Positions 1 to 9,478 of a stretch of 42,985 nt of DNA are shown here, one piece after another (within the stretch, counting starts at the first letter, position 1; every line of letters begins with the position of its first letter). A program made the translations under genes and the position numbers. This DNA is from Candidatus Vogelbacteria bacterium. GTDB lineage: Bacteria; Patescibacteriota; Minisyncoccia; Phycocordibacterales; XYD1-FULL-46-19. The stretch spans positions 1 through 42,985 of the forward strand of contig CAIPHT010000014.1 in the NCBI GenBank assembly GCA_903864935.1. The letters run 5' to 3'. The notes beneath the pieces were generated by a model. That model ran no database searches. It saw only the letters and a program-made list of their open reading frames with translations, and was not told the origin of the DNA.

Positions 1-2
1 AA

Positions 3-1154
3 GATCTCAAAGCCAAGGATGATGTCTATGTTCGCAATGCTCAGGCTGGCGATGACTATCTTGTTACCTGCCGCGAGAAAGACAAAGTCGATGCTGAAGC
101 CAAAGTTAAGACGAGCGTGTTGGCTCGGGTGGTGGAGGGGACGCAAGGGGGAGCTTGCGAATTGCCTTGGAGTAACACAGAGGAGGGTCTTAAGCAAAAC
201 AAGCCTTTTCATGTGACAGAGGCAAATTTGAGTGATTGGGTTACCAAAATTCAAGAAAAAGATTTTTCTAAATATGGCTATGGCTCTGGTGACACGAGAG
301 ACATTTCTGATTTTATGATTGGCGGTCAGTGTGATTATACAGCTTGTATCCTTGGAAAAGGGGCTTGTCCTAAACCTATCTATTTTAGTTCGAAAATCAT
401 ACCAATAAGTCCCATGGGTCAAGCCTGGGCAGATGCTTTAACTGCAGCCAAAAAAACTGTTAATATTGCAGGTCTTCCAAAGGGCTTAGGTATTAGGTCG
501 CTAAACTGGGCAATGTCAATAAGTAACAACAAGCTTGTTTATACCGGACACGCGGTGATTCTTGTTGGGATAAATGACTTGGGAAATAACGTGTATAATT
601 TCGATATTATTGACCCTAATATTCCCGATAGAGTTTCTTCTCTTACTAATTGCAAGTATGCAGAAATGGACGTAACTTCTTCTGGTTTGACCGGGAAAGA
701 TCTTGGCTTAAGTTGTGATCCTCTGGATACTAATGTTTATCCAGCCAAAGATGGTCCAGCTTTCATCTATCAAATTAGTGATTTGTACGATAAAGCATTT
801 CTGGCTTTTTATAATTTTTGCCAAAATCCCAATAATGCGACTCAGTACAAAGATCTTTGTAGCCGAGACAAAGGTAAGAGTAGTATCAATCAGTGGCTTA
901 AAGATAACTTAACTTCTTTTTCTAATATCAATTATGGTGGAGGAACATGCCATGCTTGGTCGGAGTTCTTTGTTAATGTCGCCTTTTTGGGTGATTTTGT
1001 TGGTACGGACTATCATCCTGACGATGGCAAAATTGTTGGTAAAGACTGTGATATAAATCATTATCCTTTCAAGAAAACGAGCGTAGCGAACTCTAATAAC
1101 TGGTTGGCTAATGTCTGGGCTGCTTTTGGTCATCTTTTCCCCGTTAATCTCTAA
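3..1154 (+). CDS. Cys-rich hypothetical protein, 5'-partial; possible papain-like peptidase domain
   Basis: Frame is open from base 3 (DLKAKDDVYVRN...) through the tracked GTG at 117, so the true start lies upstream of the window. Contains GHAVILVG...IIDPN and FSNINYGGGTCHAWS motifs. Confidence 0.6.
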   Translation, partial: DLKAKDDVYVRNAQAGDDYLVTCREKDKVDAEAKVKTSVLARVVEGTQGGACELPWSNTEEGLKQNKPFHVTEANLSDWVTKIQEKDFSKYGYGSGDTRDISDFMIGGQCDYTACILGKGACPKPIYFSSKIIPISPMGQAWADALTAAKKTVNIAGLPKGLGIRSLNWAMSISNNKLVYTGHAVILVGINDLGNNVYNFDIIDPNIPDRVSSLTNCKYAEMDVTSSGLTGKDLGLSCDPLDTNVYPAKDGPAFIYQISDLYDKAFLAFYNFCQNPNNATQYKDLCSRDKGKSSINQWLKDNLTSFSNINYGGGTCHAWSEFFVNVAFLGDFVGTDYHPDDGKIVGKDCDINHYPFKKTSVANSNNWLANVWAAFGHLFPVNL

Positions 1155-1193
1155 TTTAATTTTTGCTACTTTTGTGTTATCATCTAAGCACTT

Positions 1194-1964
1194 ATGGCTT
1201 TATCTTGGGCAAGGCAGAGACAATTAAATTATCTAACCACCGTTGTGGCTTTCTTGGCGCTTGTTGGTTTGGTTATTTATTTTGTTTATAAACCCGTCCC
1301 GACCTGCTTTGACGGACGACAAAATCAAGATGAAGAGGGGGTGGATTGTGGCGGAGTTTGCTCTTTGGCTTGCTCTAACCAGATTCAAGCCTTGAAGATT
1401 GATTGGGTTCGTCCACTTAAGGTGGAGGACGGCTGGTATGATCTTACCGCCCAGGTTGAGAATCTTAATCAGAATTTAGGCAATCGTTATCTGCCTTATA
1501 TCTTTTCTGTTTATGATACGGACAATGTTTTAATTACTAAGCGTGAGGGAGTAACTTTCGCTAACGCGGGAGAAAAATTTGTTATCTTCGAAGGACGCGT
1601 AATTACCAAAGATAGATCCGTTGGCAAAGTTTTTGTCGAATTTCCCACCTCCACCCCTTGGGAGAAGGCGGCACCGGTGGCCAAAGATATTTTTATCGAA
1701 CGTCGTGAATTTGCCAATGAGCCCAAACCAGTTCTTCATCTCTCGGTCGGCAATAGTAGCCTGAAGACGATAAGAGATATTTCTATTATCACGGTTCTCT
1801 CTGATATTAATAATAACGCTTTTGCCGCTAGTGAGACGAAGCTCGATGCGGTCGAACCGAATTCGCGCCAAGAAACTTATTTTACTTGGCCCGAACCCTT
1901 CTCTGGCGATCCTTCTTACGTTGAGTCTTATTGGCGGGTGAATAGTTTTAATCCTAATAAATAA
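1194..1964 (+). CDS. Membrane-anchored hypothetical protein with Cys-rich TCxDGxQNxxExGVDCGGxC motif
   Basis: N-terminal hydrophobic helix followed by PTCFDGRQNQDEEGVDCGGVC, a motif common in Parcubacteria surface proteins. Confidence 0.7.
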   Translation: MALSWARQRQLNYLTTVVAFLALVGLVIYFVYKPVPTCFDGRQNQDEEGVDCGGVCSLACSNQIQALKIDWVRPLKVEDGWYDLTAQVENLNQNLGNRYLPYIFSVYDTDNVLITKREGVTFANAGEKFVIFEGRVITKDRSVGKVFVEFPTSTPWEKAAPVAKDIFIERREFANEPKPVLHLSVGNSSLKTIRDISIITVLSDINNNAFAASETKLDAVEPNSRQETYFTWPEPFSGDPSYVESYWRVNSFNPNK

Positions 1965-1971
1965 TTTGGCC

Positions 1972-3114
1972 ATGCTCGCTGCTTTGGGTAAAATTGGTCG
2001 ATTAGAGAATCGTCTTGATTGGCTCTTGCTCTCGGCCACTGTGCCCTTGGTTCTCTTTGGTTTGGTGACCATGAATTCTTTTACTGTTGAGAGTTATTAT
2101 TTTGCTCGACAGATTACTTGGATTTGTTTGGCCTATGCCTTGTTCTTAGGGGCAAGCTTTATTGATTGGCGTTGGTTGAGAAAAAGTGGGGCCGTGATAA
2201 CTTTTTATTTTGCTGTTTTGGGAATTCTACTTTCCCTTTTTCTTATTGGCCAAGTTTCTAAGGGGGCACAGAGTTGGTTGGCCCTTGGCGGATTTTCCCT
2301 TCAGCCGGCGGACTTTATGAAGCTCGCTTTAATCTTAGTCTTGGCCAAATATTTTTCTAAACGACATGTCGAGATTGCTAACATCCGTCACATTATTGTC
2401 TCTGGTCTCTATGCCCTTATCCCGTTTGGGATAATTCTGGTTCAACCTGATTTTGGTTCAGCCTTAATCATCTTTTCTATTTGGCTGGGGATGATCCTTG
2501 TCTCTGGGGTATCTAAGAAGCACTTAGCTTTGTTGCTAATCTTAGGGGTGGCTTCGTCGGTCTTCGCTTGGTCTTTTCTTCTTCATCCTTATCAACAGAA
2601 ACGTATTATGACTTTTGTTAATCCATTGGCGGATGTTCGAGGTTCTGGGTATAACGCCTTCCAATCCACTATTGCTGTTGGTTCGGGGGAGGTCTTGGGT
2701 AAGGGGGTTGGTTATGGGACCCAATCTCGACTCAAATTCTTGCCTGAATATCAGACCGATTTTATTTTTGCCGCTTTTGCTGAGGAGTGGGGCCTCATTG
2801 GGGTGCTAATCTTCTTCTTACTCTTTGGGATAATTTTGTGGCGCATCGCTAAGATCGCTATGGTGGGAGCGACTAATTTCGAGACACTTTTTGGACTTGG
2901 CTTAATTATTATGTTGCTGGCGCACTTCATTGTGCATGTCGGTATGAATATTGGGATACTCCCGGTGACCGGTCTCCCGATGCCCTTCATGAGTTATGGT
3001 GGGTCGCACTTGTTGGTTGAATTCTTGGGCCTTGGTATCCTAATGGGTATGCGCAAATATTCTCTCTCTTTTCACCGTGATGATGTGAAGAATGAGTTCA
3101 TTGGGCCACAGTAG
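1972..3114 (+). CDS. rodA: Rod shape-determining SEDS protein RodA
   Basis: Polytopic membrane protein with GAQSW, LQPADFMK, GTQSRLKFLPEYQTDFIFA and PFMSYGGS motifs. ATG 1972 preferred over TTG 1966. Confidence 0.88.
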   Translation: MLAALGKIGRLENRLDWLLLSATVPLVLFGLVTMNSFTVESYYFARQITWICLAYALFLGASFIDWRWLRKSGAVITFYFAVLGILLSLFLIGQVSKGAQSWLALGGFSLQPADFMKLALILVLAKYFSKRHVEIANIRHIIVSGLYALIPFGIILVQPDFGSALIIFSIWLGMILVSGVSKKHLALLLILGVASSVFAWSFLLHPYQQKRIMTFVNPLADVRGSGYNAFQSTIAVGSGEVLGKGVGYGTQSRLKFLPEYQTDFIFAAFAEEWGLIGVLIFFLLFGIILWRIAKIAMVGATNFETLFGLGLIIMLLAHFIVHVGMNIGILPVTGLPMPFMSYGGSHLLVEFLGLGILMGMRKYSLSFHRDDVKNEFIGPQ

Positions 3115-3120
3115 GCGCTC

Positions 3121-3283
3121 GGCCTTGCTTCAGTAAAACAACACAGAAAACCATTCCTGCGAACGGTTTTCTTACTCTCCGCGACGGCCATTTTGCCATC
3201 GTTCTTCGCTTTGCTCAGAACATAAATAATGGCAAAAGCCATGCTGGCCGTAGCTACGCGAGGTTGTTTTACTGAACAAGGCC
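3121..3283. repeat. ~163-nt multi-branched inverted-repeat element (REP/MITE-like or structured ncRNA)
   Basis: 3121-3127/3277-3283 and 3129-3142/3263-3276 pair perfectly. Inner stems are 3145-3152/3165-3172, 3184-3190/3245-3251, 3191-3199/3229-3237 and 3201-3205/3217-3221. Confidence 0.75.
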
Positions 3284-3437
3284 TCGCTTAGCTGCTGGCT
3301 ACAAAAATTTGCCTTATTCCTTACATTGTTCCTCCTAGGACCAAAGTGTAAAACATTAGAGACAAGAACCAACAAACATAAATTACTAAAATTGTTCCGA
3401 AAATAATTTTCAATATTTTTTCTAAGGTATTCATTTT

Positions 3438-4580
3438 TTAATTATTATATATTGTAATAGTTTTTTCGAGCATTTGCTTGAGGGAGAAATTTTGTTGGAC
3501 TTGGTGCTTAAGATTCATACCAGCTAGGTGGCGGTATTCTTTTTTCTTGATCATGAAGAGGAGGGACTTTTTAATCTCTTCGATATTGCCCTTTGGCACG
3601 AGGATACCTTGTTCGGCATCGGTGATTAGCTCGGGGATACCGCCAACTTCAGAGGCTATTACTGGCAAGCCGGCGAGGCCGGCTTCGAGAATAGAATAGG
3701 GGAGAGCTTCGGTGCGGGAAGTGAGGGTAAAAATGTCGAAGGCTTTGAGATAAGAGCGAGCATCTTCAACTCGGCCAACTAAGAAAATGCGATCATCCAT
3801 TCTCTTGTCTTTAATTAGTTTTTCGAGACGGGCCCGTTCTTCACCTTCACCGATAATAACCAAGTTTAAGGACCAACCAAGTGAATTGCCAAGTAGAGCT
3901 CGGACGGTCGCAGTGAAGGCTTCAATGAGATAATCCAAGCCTTTGTTTTTGTGGAGTTCGGAGATTGTGCCAATCCAAAAACGATCATTAGATTTTCCTA
4001 AAATTTCTTTTCTAGATATGGACCGTTCGAAGAGCTTTGCTGGACCAAGTCCATTATGAATAGTTGTAACTTTATCTCTTAAGCCAGACCAATTAACAAT
4101 TTCTTTTTTTAAGCTATCCGAGACGGTAATTATCTCATGACTTAAAATCATGGAGAGCCAGTGACTGAATTTAATTAAAATTTTTTGCCAGCTCGGCCGG
4201 TCCTCGTTGGTGGCTAGACCGTGCACTGTGAAGATAATTTTAGGAATACGGGCGAGTCTGCCGGCGAGGGCACCGAGGCCCCCAATCTTAGAACTATTAA
4301 GATGGATAACGTCGGGCCGTTCTTTAAGCAAGATGCTTAGAATATTCCAAAAAGATTGAAGTTCAGCGAGAATGTTGACGTCTCTTTGGAGTGAAGAGAT
4401 CTGTCGGGTTTTTATCCCGGCCGAGACCAGTTTTTCTCCCAGGATTTTTCCTTCACCAAAAATAACTGTGATATCAAAATCCGTTTTAGGTAGACTCGTA
4501 GCCAGATCATAGACATAACGTTGGGCTCCGCCGAAATTGCCCTTAGTGATAAAATAGAAAATCTTGGTTTTTGTAGCCAT
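3438..4580 (-). CDS. GT4 family glycosyltransferase
   Basis: GGAQRYV, IHLNSSKIG, FTVHG, IHNG, KGLDYLI and EALPYSILEAGLAGLPVIASEVGGIPE motifs. Confidence 0.92.
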   Translation of the reverse strand: MATKTKIFYFITKGNFGGAQRYVYDLATSLPKTDFDITVIFGEGKILGEKLVSAGIKTRQISSLQRDVNILAELQSFWNILSILLKERPDVIHLNSSKIGGLGALAGRLARIPKIIFTVHGLATNEDRPSWQKILIKFSHWLSMILSHEIITVSDSLKKEIVNWSGLRDKVTTIHNGLGPAKLFERSISRKEILGKSNDRFWIGTISELHKNKGLDYLIEAFTATVRALLGNSLGWSLNLVIIGEGEERARLEKLIKDKRMDDRIFLVGRVEDARSYLKAFDIFTLTSRTEALPYSILEAGLAGLPVIASEVGGIPELITDAEQGILVPKGNIEEIKKSLLFMIKKKEYRHLAGMNLKHQVQQNFSLKQMLEKTITIYNN

Positions 4581-4648
4581 AAAAAATACCCTCGCGGTAT
4601 GGGCTCAATATAGCATAATTTGACTTTTTGGTGTATGCTAGCCCTAAT

Positions 4649-5959
4649 ATGAGACTGACTTCTAAGAAGGAGACACTCGTTTTGTTGATAGGAGACATCA
4701 TCCTCTTCTATGTGGCAATTTGGCTGACCTTGGTTGTTCGTAATGCTGAATTGCCAGCCTGGAGCCTCTTCTCCCAATTTTTTGTGTCCTTTGCCTTCAT
4801 CTTTGCTTTATGGGTTTTTGTTTTTTATATTGCGGACCTTTATGGCAAACATACCTCCATCTTTCGTCGCAAGTTGTCTCGTGTCATCTTTAATGCTCAA
4901 TTGGTCAACTCCTTTGTGGCTGTTGTCTTCTTCTACTTCATCCCTTATTTTGGGGTGACCCCTAAGACCCTGCTTTTTGTTGACCTCTTCATTTCTTTTC
5001 TTTTGATTTTTATCTGGCGCAGTTTAATTGTGCCCAAACTATATTTGAATGTTTCGGAGAAAATTTATTTTGCTTGTTCGGGCCAAGAGGTAGATGAGAT
5101 TAAGGAGGAGATAAAGAATAACCCTTATTATAATATTAAGATTGCGAGCGAGATTGATTTCAAAAATATTAAAAATTCAGGCATTACCTCAATTGTTGTT
5201 GATCTTTATGATAAGGATATTGATTTGGCTTTAAAGAATTTTTACAGTTTAATTTTTTCTGGTATTCGCTTTATCCCTGTTACTAGTCTCTATGAAGAAC
5301 TTTTTGATCGAGAACCGGTCACCTCGCTTAAAGAACAATGGTTTTTGGAGAAGATTTCTAATCGGCCGAAGCCTATTTATGATGCCCTTAAGCGTCTGAT
5401 GGATATGGGGATTGCTAGCTTCCTCGGCCTTTTCTCCTTAATTTTCTATCCTTTTGTTTATGTCGCTATTAAATTAGAAGATGGGGGACCGATTTTTATC
5501 TCACAAGAAAGGATTGGTAAAGATAATAAAATCGTTAGGACTTATAAGTTTCGCTCGATGAGCAACAATGTTACTGACTTGAATTCAGAGAGCAATAAGA
5601 CAAATCGGATTACTCGGGTTGGAAATTTCTTACGCAAGACGAGGATCGATGAAGTGCCACAATTGTGGGCCGTGGTTAAGGGCGATATGTCTCTCATTGG
5701 CCCTCGACCAGAGTTGCCATCTGGTGTTGGCTATTACCAAGAAGAAATTCCTTATTATAATATTCGTCACATTATCAAACCAGGTCTCTCGGGTTGGGCT
5801 CAGATCTATGGCGAGCATCCGCACCACGGTCTTGATGTTGGCAGCACGCTAAACAAGTTTTCTTATGATCTTTACTATATTAAGAATCGTAGCTTCTGGC
5901 TGGATCTAAGTATTACCTTGAAGACGATAAAAATTTTATTAATGCGCAAAGGAGAATAA
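4649..5959 (+). CDS. Polyprenyl-phosphate glycosyl-1-phosphate transferase (WcaJ/WbaP-like initiating sugar transferase)
   Basis: N-terminal TM helices; C-terminal [51 protein letters not shown] and DLYYIKN. ATG 4649 preferred. Confidence 0.93.
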   Translation: MRLTSKKETLVLLIGDIILFYVAIWLTLVVRNAELPAWSLFSQFFVSFAFIFALWVFVFYIADLYGKHTSIFRRKLSRVIFNAQLVNSFVAVVFFYFIPYFGVTPKTLLFVDLFISFLLIFIWRSLIVPKLYLNVSEKIYFACSGQEVDEIKEEIKNNPYYNIKIASEIDFKNIKNSGITSIVVDLYDKDIDLALKNFYSLIFSGIRFIPVTSLYEELFDREPVTSLKEQWFLEKISNRPKPIYDALKRLMDMGIASFLGLFSLIFYPFVYVAIKLEDGGPIFISQERIGKDNKIVRTYKFRSMSNNVTDLNSESNKTNRITRVGNFLRKTRIDEVPQLWAVVKGDMSLIGPRPELPSGVGYYQEEIPYYNIRHIIKPGLSGWAQIYGEHPHHGLDVGSTLNKFSYDLYYIKNRSFWLDLSITLKTIKILLMRKGE

Positions 5960-5960
5960 A

Positions 5961-6746
5961 ATGATTTTTGATGGCAAAAAACTAGCCGAGGAGATTAAGT
6001 CCGAACTCCGCTTGAAGTTAAAAGCTAAAAGCCAAAAGCTTAGTTTGGCCGTTGTCTGGGTAGGAGAAGATCCGGTGTCTGAACGTTATGTTGAGCGCAA
6101 GAAAAAATTTGGTTTGGATATCGGAGTCGAAGTTGTCGTTCATGAATATCCATCTGACGTCTTAGAAGAGGATTTGATAGAAGAAATAACAAAACTAAAT
6201 AATGACTCTAATGTCTCGGGAATTATTGTTCAGCTCCCACTTCCTGATGATATTGATCAACAAAAAATTCTTAATTTAATTTCACCTGATAAGGATGTTG
6301 ATGCTCTCAGCCAAGAGGCGAGAGTCTTGTCTCCAACGGTGGGAGCAATTAAAGAAATTTTAGAGCGGAATAATGTTGAACTTGCGGGTAAAAAAGCCGT
6401 GGTGCTTGGTAAAGGTAAGCTTGTGGGTAAACCCGTTGCCATTTGGCTCACAGGGGAAGGGGCGAGTGTCTCAATTATTGATTCAAAAACGGCTGATTCT
6501 GACAGCCTTTTAAAACAAGCCGATATTATTGTGAGTGGGGTGGGCAAGCCCGGCCTAATTACTCTAGACAAGATTAAAGATGGTGTTGTTTTGATTGACG
6601 CAGCCACATCTGAGCAGAATGGCAGTCTGAAGGGTGATGCTGATCCCGCCTGCGCCGACAAGTGTTCACTTTTCACGCCTGTCCCCGGTGGTGTGGGTCC
6701 GCTTACTGTTGTGATGCTTTTCAAAAATTTACTTGAACTTAATTAA
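5961..6746 (+). CDS. folD: Bifunctional methylenetetrahydrofolate dehydrogenase/cyclohydrolase
   Basis: GIIVQLPLP, KDVDA, GKGKLVGKP, ADIIVSGVGKP and TPVPGGVGPLTV motifs. Confidence 0.95.
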   Translation: MIFDGKKLAEEIKSELRLKLKAKSQKLSLAVVWVGEDPVSERYVERKKKFGLDIGVEVVVHEYPSDVLEEDLIEEITKLNNDSNVSGIIVQLPLPDDIDQQKILNLISPDKDVDALSQEARVLSPTVGAIKEILERNNVELAGKKAVVLGKGKLVGKPVAIWLTGEGASVSIIDSKTADSDSLLKQADIIVSGVGKPGLITLDKIKDGVVLIDAATSEQNGSLKGDADPACADKCSLFTPVPGGVGPLTVVMLFKNLLELN

Positions 6747-6761
6747 GCTTGGTGCTACTTT
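6733..6761 (+). promoter_or_regulatory. Sigma70-type promoter for orphan gene 6854
   Basis: TTGAAC-N17-TACTTT with extended TG; overlaps the end of folD. Confidence 0.5.
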
Positions 6762-6853
6762 TTAATTAGATTCTTTGTCATAGGCTGGGGGAGACCCTCG
6801 GCCTAAAACGTCGGAGGGGAGACCCCTCAATCGACAGAAAAGGAGATGTTCTC

Positions 6854-7510
6854 ATGAATAAAGGATATGACGTTCTTGCTTTGTGGAGGGCTCTTTCTGG
6901 GTGGGAATCGAGGCTCGTGACCACCGGTAAGTTTACCCTGGAAGATCGTCAGAGAGAGGCCGTCAACCTTCTTCGGATTGTTGTAGAGAGGGATATCCTT
7001 CCCTCCCTGAAGAATGACCCGCTTGTTCCTTTCTGGTCTGCCAACATCGTCAAAACGAAGAGGGAGTTTGTCGAGTTCGTTTCTCTCAAGGGCTTTATTC
7101 CCGAGGGCGAAGATTGGTCATCTTGGTTCAAGAGGGTTGAGGTTGATCCAATGAAGGAAACGGCGGATTTCCGGGGAATTTACTTCTTCTTGGACGACAA
7201 CGACGGCAACTTCGCTTGGGGTGTGACTTCCGGCGGAAAGGTTATCGTTTGCCGGGCTCACTTCATGTCCCACCCGACGGAGGATTTTTGCACCGTTATC
7301 AAGGATTGTGAAGTCCGAGGTGTTGGTTGGGATGAACTCGAAAAAGGGGATTTCCCTGTTGTCGAAATGATTGAGTGCCTTGACGGTTATCTCGAAGGTC
7401 TCGTTGCTCGTCGTGAGGAATTACTCAGAAAAGCGAAAGACCGGCGGCAACCGATCAAAGAGGCGTTAGACTTTTTCAGGCTGAAGGTTCAGGCCTCTGG
7501 ATTGCGGTGA
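6854..7510 (+). CDS. Orphan hypothetical protein (218 aa)
   Basis: Long ORF preceded by AAAAGGAG (6838-6845) and followed by a terminator; no family recognised. Confidence 0.7.
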   Translation: MNKGYDVLALWRALSGWESRLVTTGKFTLEDRQREAVNLLRIVVERDILPSLKNDPLVPFWSANIVKTKREFVEFVSLKGFIPEGEDWSSWFKRVEVDPMKETADFRGIYFFLDDNDGNFAWGVTSGGKVIVCRAHFMSHPTEDFCTVIKDCEVRGVGWDELEKGDFPVVEMIECLDGYLEGLVARREELLRKAKDRRQPIKEALDFFRLKVQASGLR

Positions 7511-7524
7511 TAAAATCTCTTCTC

Positions 7525-7552
7525 AAAAGCGGGCCCCACGTGGCCCGCTTTT
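7525..7552 (+). terminator. Intrinsic terminator, possibly bidirectional
   Basis: aaaagcgggcc-ccacgt-ggcccgctttt, an 11-bp stem. Confidence 0.8.
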
Positions 7553-7593
7553 CTTGTATATGAGAGATGGAAAAATTTTGATAAAATATAATT

Positions 7594-8067
7594 ATGACTT
7601 TTTATGAATACTTAATTTATTTCTGTGCTGTAATTTTGCCTTGGGTCATGGGCGGGGGATTGATTGTTTATTTATTTTTCACCAAGAAAAAAATTAGCAC
7701 TCTTCGTTTGGTTGGCCTGTCATTTTTTAGCGCGCTCCTGGCTTGGTTTCTCGCGAGTTTGGTTAAGTATAATATTCCGAGCCCCCGACCATTTGAAGTC
7801 TACGCTAATCTTAAACCACTTTTTACAACGGCTCATGGCGACGCTTTTCCTTCTGGCCATGCGACTTTCTTGGGAGCGTTCGCGGTTGGGGTTTTCTTGC
7901 AAAGAAAGAAACTTGGGATAATTTTTATCGTTGGGGCTGGTCTTGTCGCTATTGCCCGGGTCTTAGCTAATGTCCACTGGCCAGCCGATGTAATTGCTGG
8001 GCTCCTGTTTGGGGCCTTAGTAGCGGTTGTTGTGGGTGGGGTTTATCACAAAGTCTATTCGAAATAA
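7594..8067 (+). CDS. PAP2-family phosphatase (candidate undecaprenyl-pyrophosphate phosphatase)
   Basis: K-x6-RP (KYNIPSPRP), FPSGHA and ARVLANVHWPAD motifs in a membrane protein. Confidence 0.88.
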   Translation: MTFYEYLIYFCAVILPWVMGGGLIVYLFFTKKKISTLRLVGLSFFSALLAWFLASLVKYNIPSPRPFEVYANLKPLFTTAHGDAFPSGHATFLGAFAVGVFLQRKKLGIIFIVGAGLVAIARVLANVHWPADVIAGLLFGALVAVVVGGVYHKVYSK

Positions 8068-8075
8068 CTACCCCC

Positions 8076-8112
8076 CCCCGCCACACCTCGGGCTCACTTG
8101 AGGTCTGGCGGG
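8076..8112. repeat. 37-nt palindromic REP-like element, copy 1
   Basis: 36/37 identical to 10399-10435; CCCGCC...GGCGGG arms. Confidence 0.85.
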
Positions 8113-8127
8113 GGAAAGGGGGTGGGT

Positions 8128-8155
8128 TTGATTTTCCCCCTTATTTTGCTAGAAT
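8128..8155 (+). promoter_or_regulatory. secD promoter
   Basis: TTGATT-N16-TAGAAT with TGn extension, 8 nt before ATG. Confidence 0.65.
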
Positions 8156-8163
8156 AGCCCCAT

Positions 8164-9474
8164 ATGACTAAGACACGTTTTTGGGCCATTATCCTGCTTT
8201 TAGTGGGTATTTTGATTGGCTATTTTAATTATTATTCAGAAGTTAATCCCCAGTGGAGCTTCTATCGTCCGTTTAAGTTGGGTCTCGATTTATCAGGAGG
8301 AAGTCGCCTCACCTATGAGGCTGATGTCTCTAAGTTGAACCCGGCCGATGTCTCTGATGCCATGTCATCCCTCCGCGAGGTGATTGATCGTCGTGTTAAT
8401 GCTTTTGGTGTTTCTGAGGCTATTGTCCAGACCGAGAGCTCGGCTCTATCTGGTACTGTCCACAATCGTTTGATTGTTGAATTACCAGGGGTCACTGATG
8501 TTAAGCAGGCTGCCAATATGATTTCTGAGACGCCACAGCTTGAGTTTAAGGTTGAAGGCGCTACCTCGACGGCGAACCTTGATGCCTCAAGCACTCCATG
8601 GTTGGCGACTGGTTTGACCGGACGTTATCTTAAGAAGTCCCAAGTTTCTTTCAGCCAGAATTCTTTGTCTCCTTCGATCTCTATTGAGTTCAATAGTGAT
8701 GGAGCCAAACTCTTTGATCAAATTACTAAAGCTAGCGTTGGCAAACGTGTAGCAATCTTGCTCGATAATCAGATTATCTCGGCGCCGGTTGTGCGGGAAG
8801 AAATTCGCGATGGCAAGGCGGAGATCAGCGGTCAATTTACTGTTACCGAAGCCAAGGACCTCGTTCGCAATTTAAACCTTGGAGCTTTACCTGTCCCAAT
8901 TAAGCTAGCCTCCACTCAGGTGGTCGGCGCAACCTTGGGTACCGAAGCGGCCAAGAAGGGGGTCGAAGCTGGCATCATTGGCCTTCTTCTTGTCGCCATC
9001 TTCATGTTGCTTTGGTATCGTTTGCCCGGTCTGGTCTCGATTGTCGCCCTATCTATCTATGTGATGATAATGTTGGCCATTTTCAAATTAATGCCTGTGA
9101 CTCTAACGGCCGCTGGTATGGCTGGTTTCATCCTCTCCATTGGTATTGCTGTCGATGCGAATGTTCTTATCTTCGAGCGTTTCAAAGAAGAGTTGGCTAA
9201 GGGTAAGTCTCTCCACGCGGCTGTTACTGAAGGTTTCTCTCGCGCTTGGCTCTCTATTCGTGACTCCAATCTCTCCAGTATTATCTCGTCCATTATCCTC
9301 TTCTGGTTTGGGACAAGCATGATTAAGGGTTTCGCCTTAACTTTAGCTCTGGGTATCATTGTTAGTATGTTTACCGCTGTGGTGGTCACTCGAACTTTCC
9401 TTCTAGCGCTTGGCTTCCGGCAGTCGAACCGGCTAACCCGCTTCTTATTCGGTAATGGTTTCTTCAAAAATTAA
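8164..9474 (+). CDS. secD: Protein translocase subunit SecD
   Basis: LGLDLSGG, RRVNAFGVSE, GALPVP, VGATLG, DANVLIFERFKEEL and IRDSN motifs. Confidence 0.97.
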   Translation: MTKTRFWAIILLLVGILIGYFNYYSEVNPQWSFYRPFKLGLDLSGGSRLTYEADVSKLNPADVSDAMSSLREVIDRRVNAFGVSEAIVQTESSALSGTVHNRLIVELPGVTDVKQAANMISETPQLEFKVEGATSTANLDASSTPWLATGLTGRYLKKSQVSFSQNSLSPSISIEFNSDGAKLFDQITKASVGKRVAILLDNQIISAPVVREEIRDGKAEISGQFTVTEAKDLVRNLNLGALPVPIKLASTQVVGATLGTEAAKKGVEAGIIGLLLVAIFMLLWYRLPGLVSIVALSIYVMIMLAIFKLMPVTLTAAGMAGFILSIGIAVDANVLIFERFKEELAKGKSLHAAVTEGFSRAWLSIRDSNLSSIISSIILFWFGTSMIKGFALTLALGIIVSMFTAVVVTRTFLLALGFRQSNRLTRFLFGNGFFKN

Positions 9475-9478
9475 ATAT

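Noticed and set aside
3860-3909. Possible repeat-derived insertion in the GT4 gene (three CCAAGT copies; RALLGNSLGWSL)
   Set aside because: No convincing inverted repeat and no alignment available to show an insertion.
8071-8079. C9 homopolymer as a phase-variation tract
   Set aside because: Intergenic, upstream of the secD -35 box, and partly the arm of the REP-like element.
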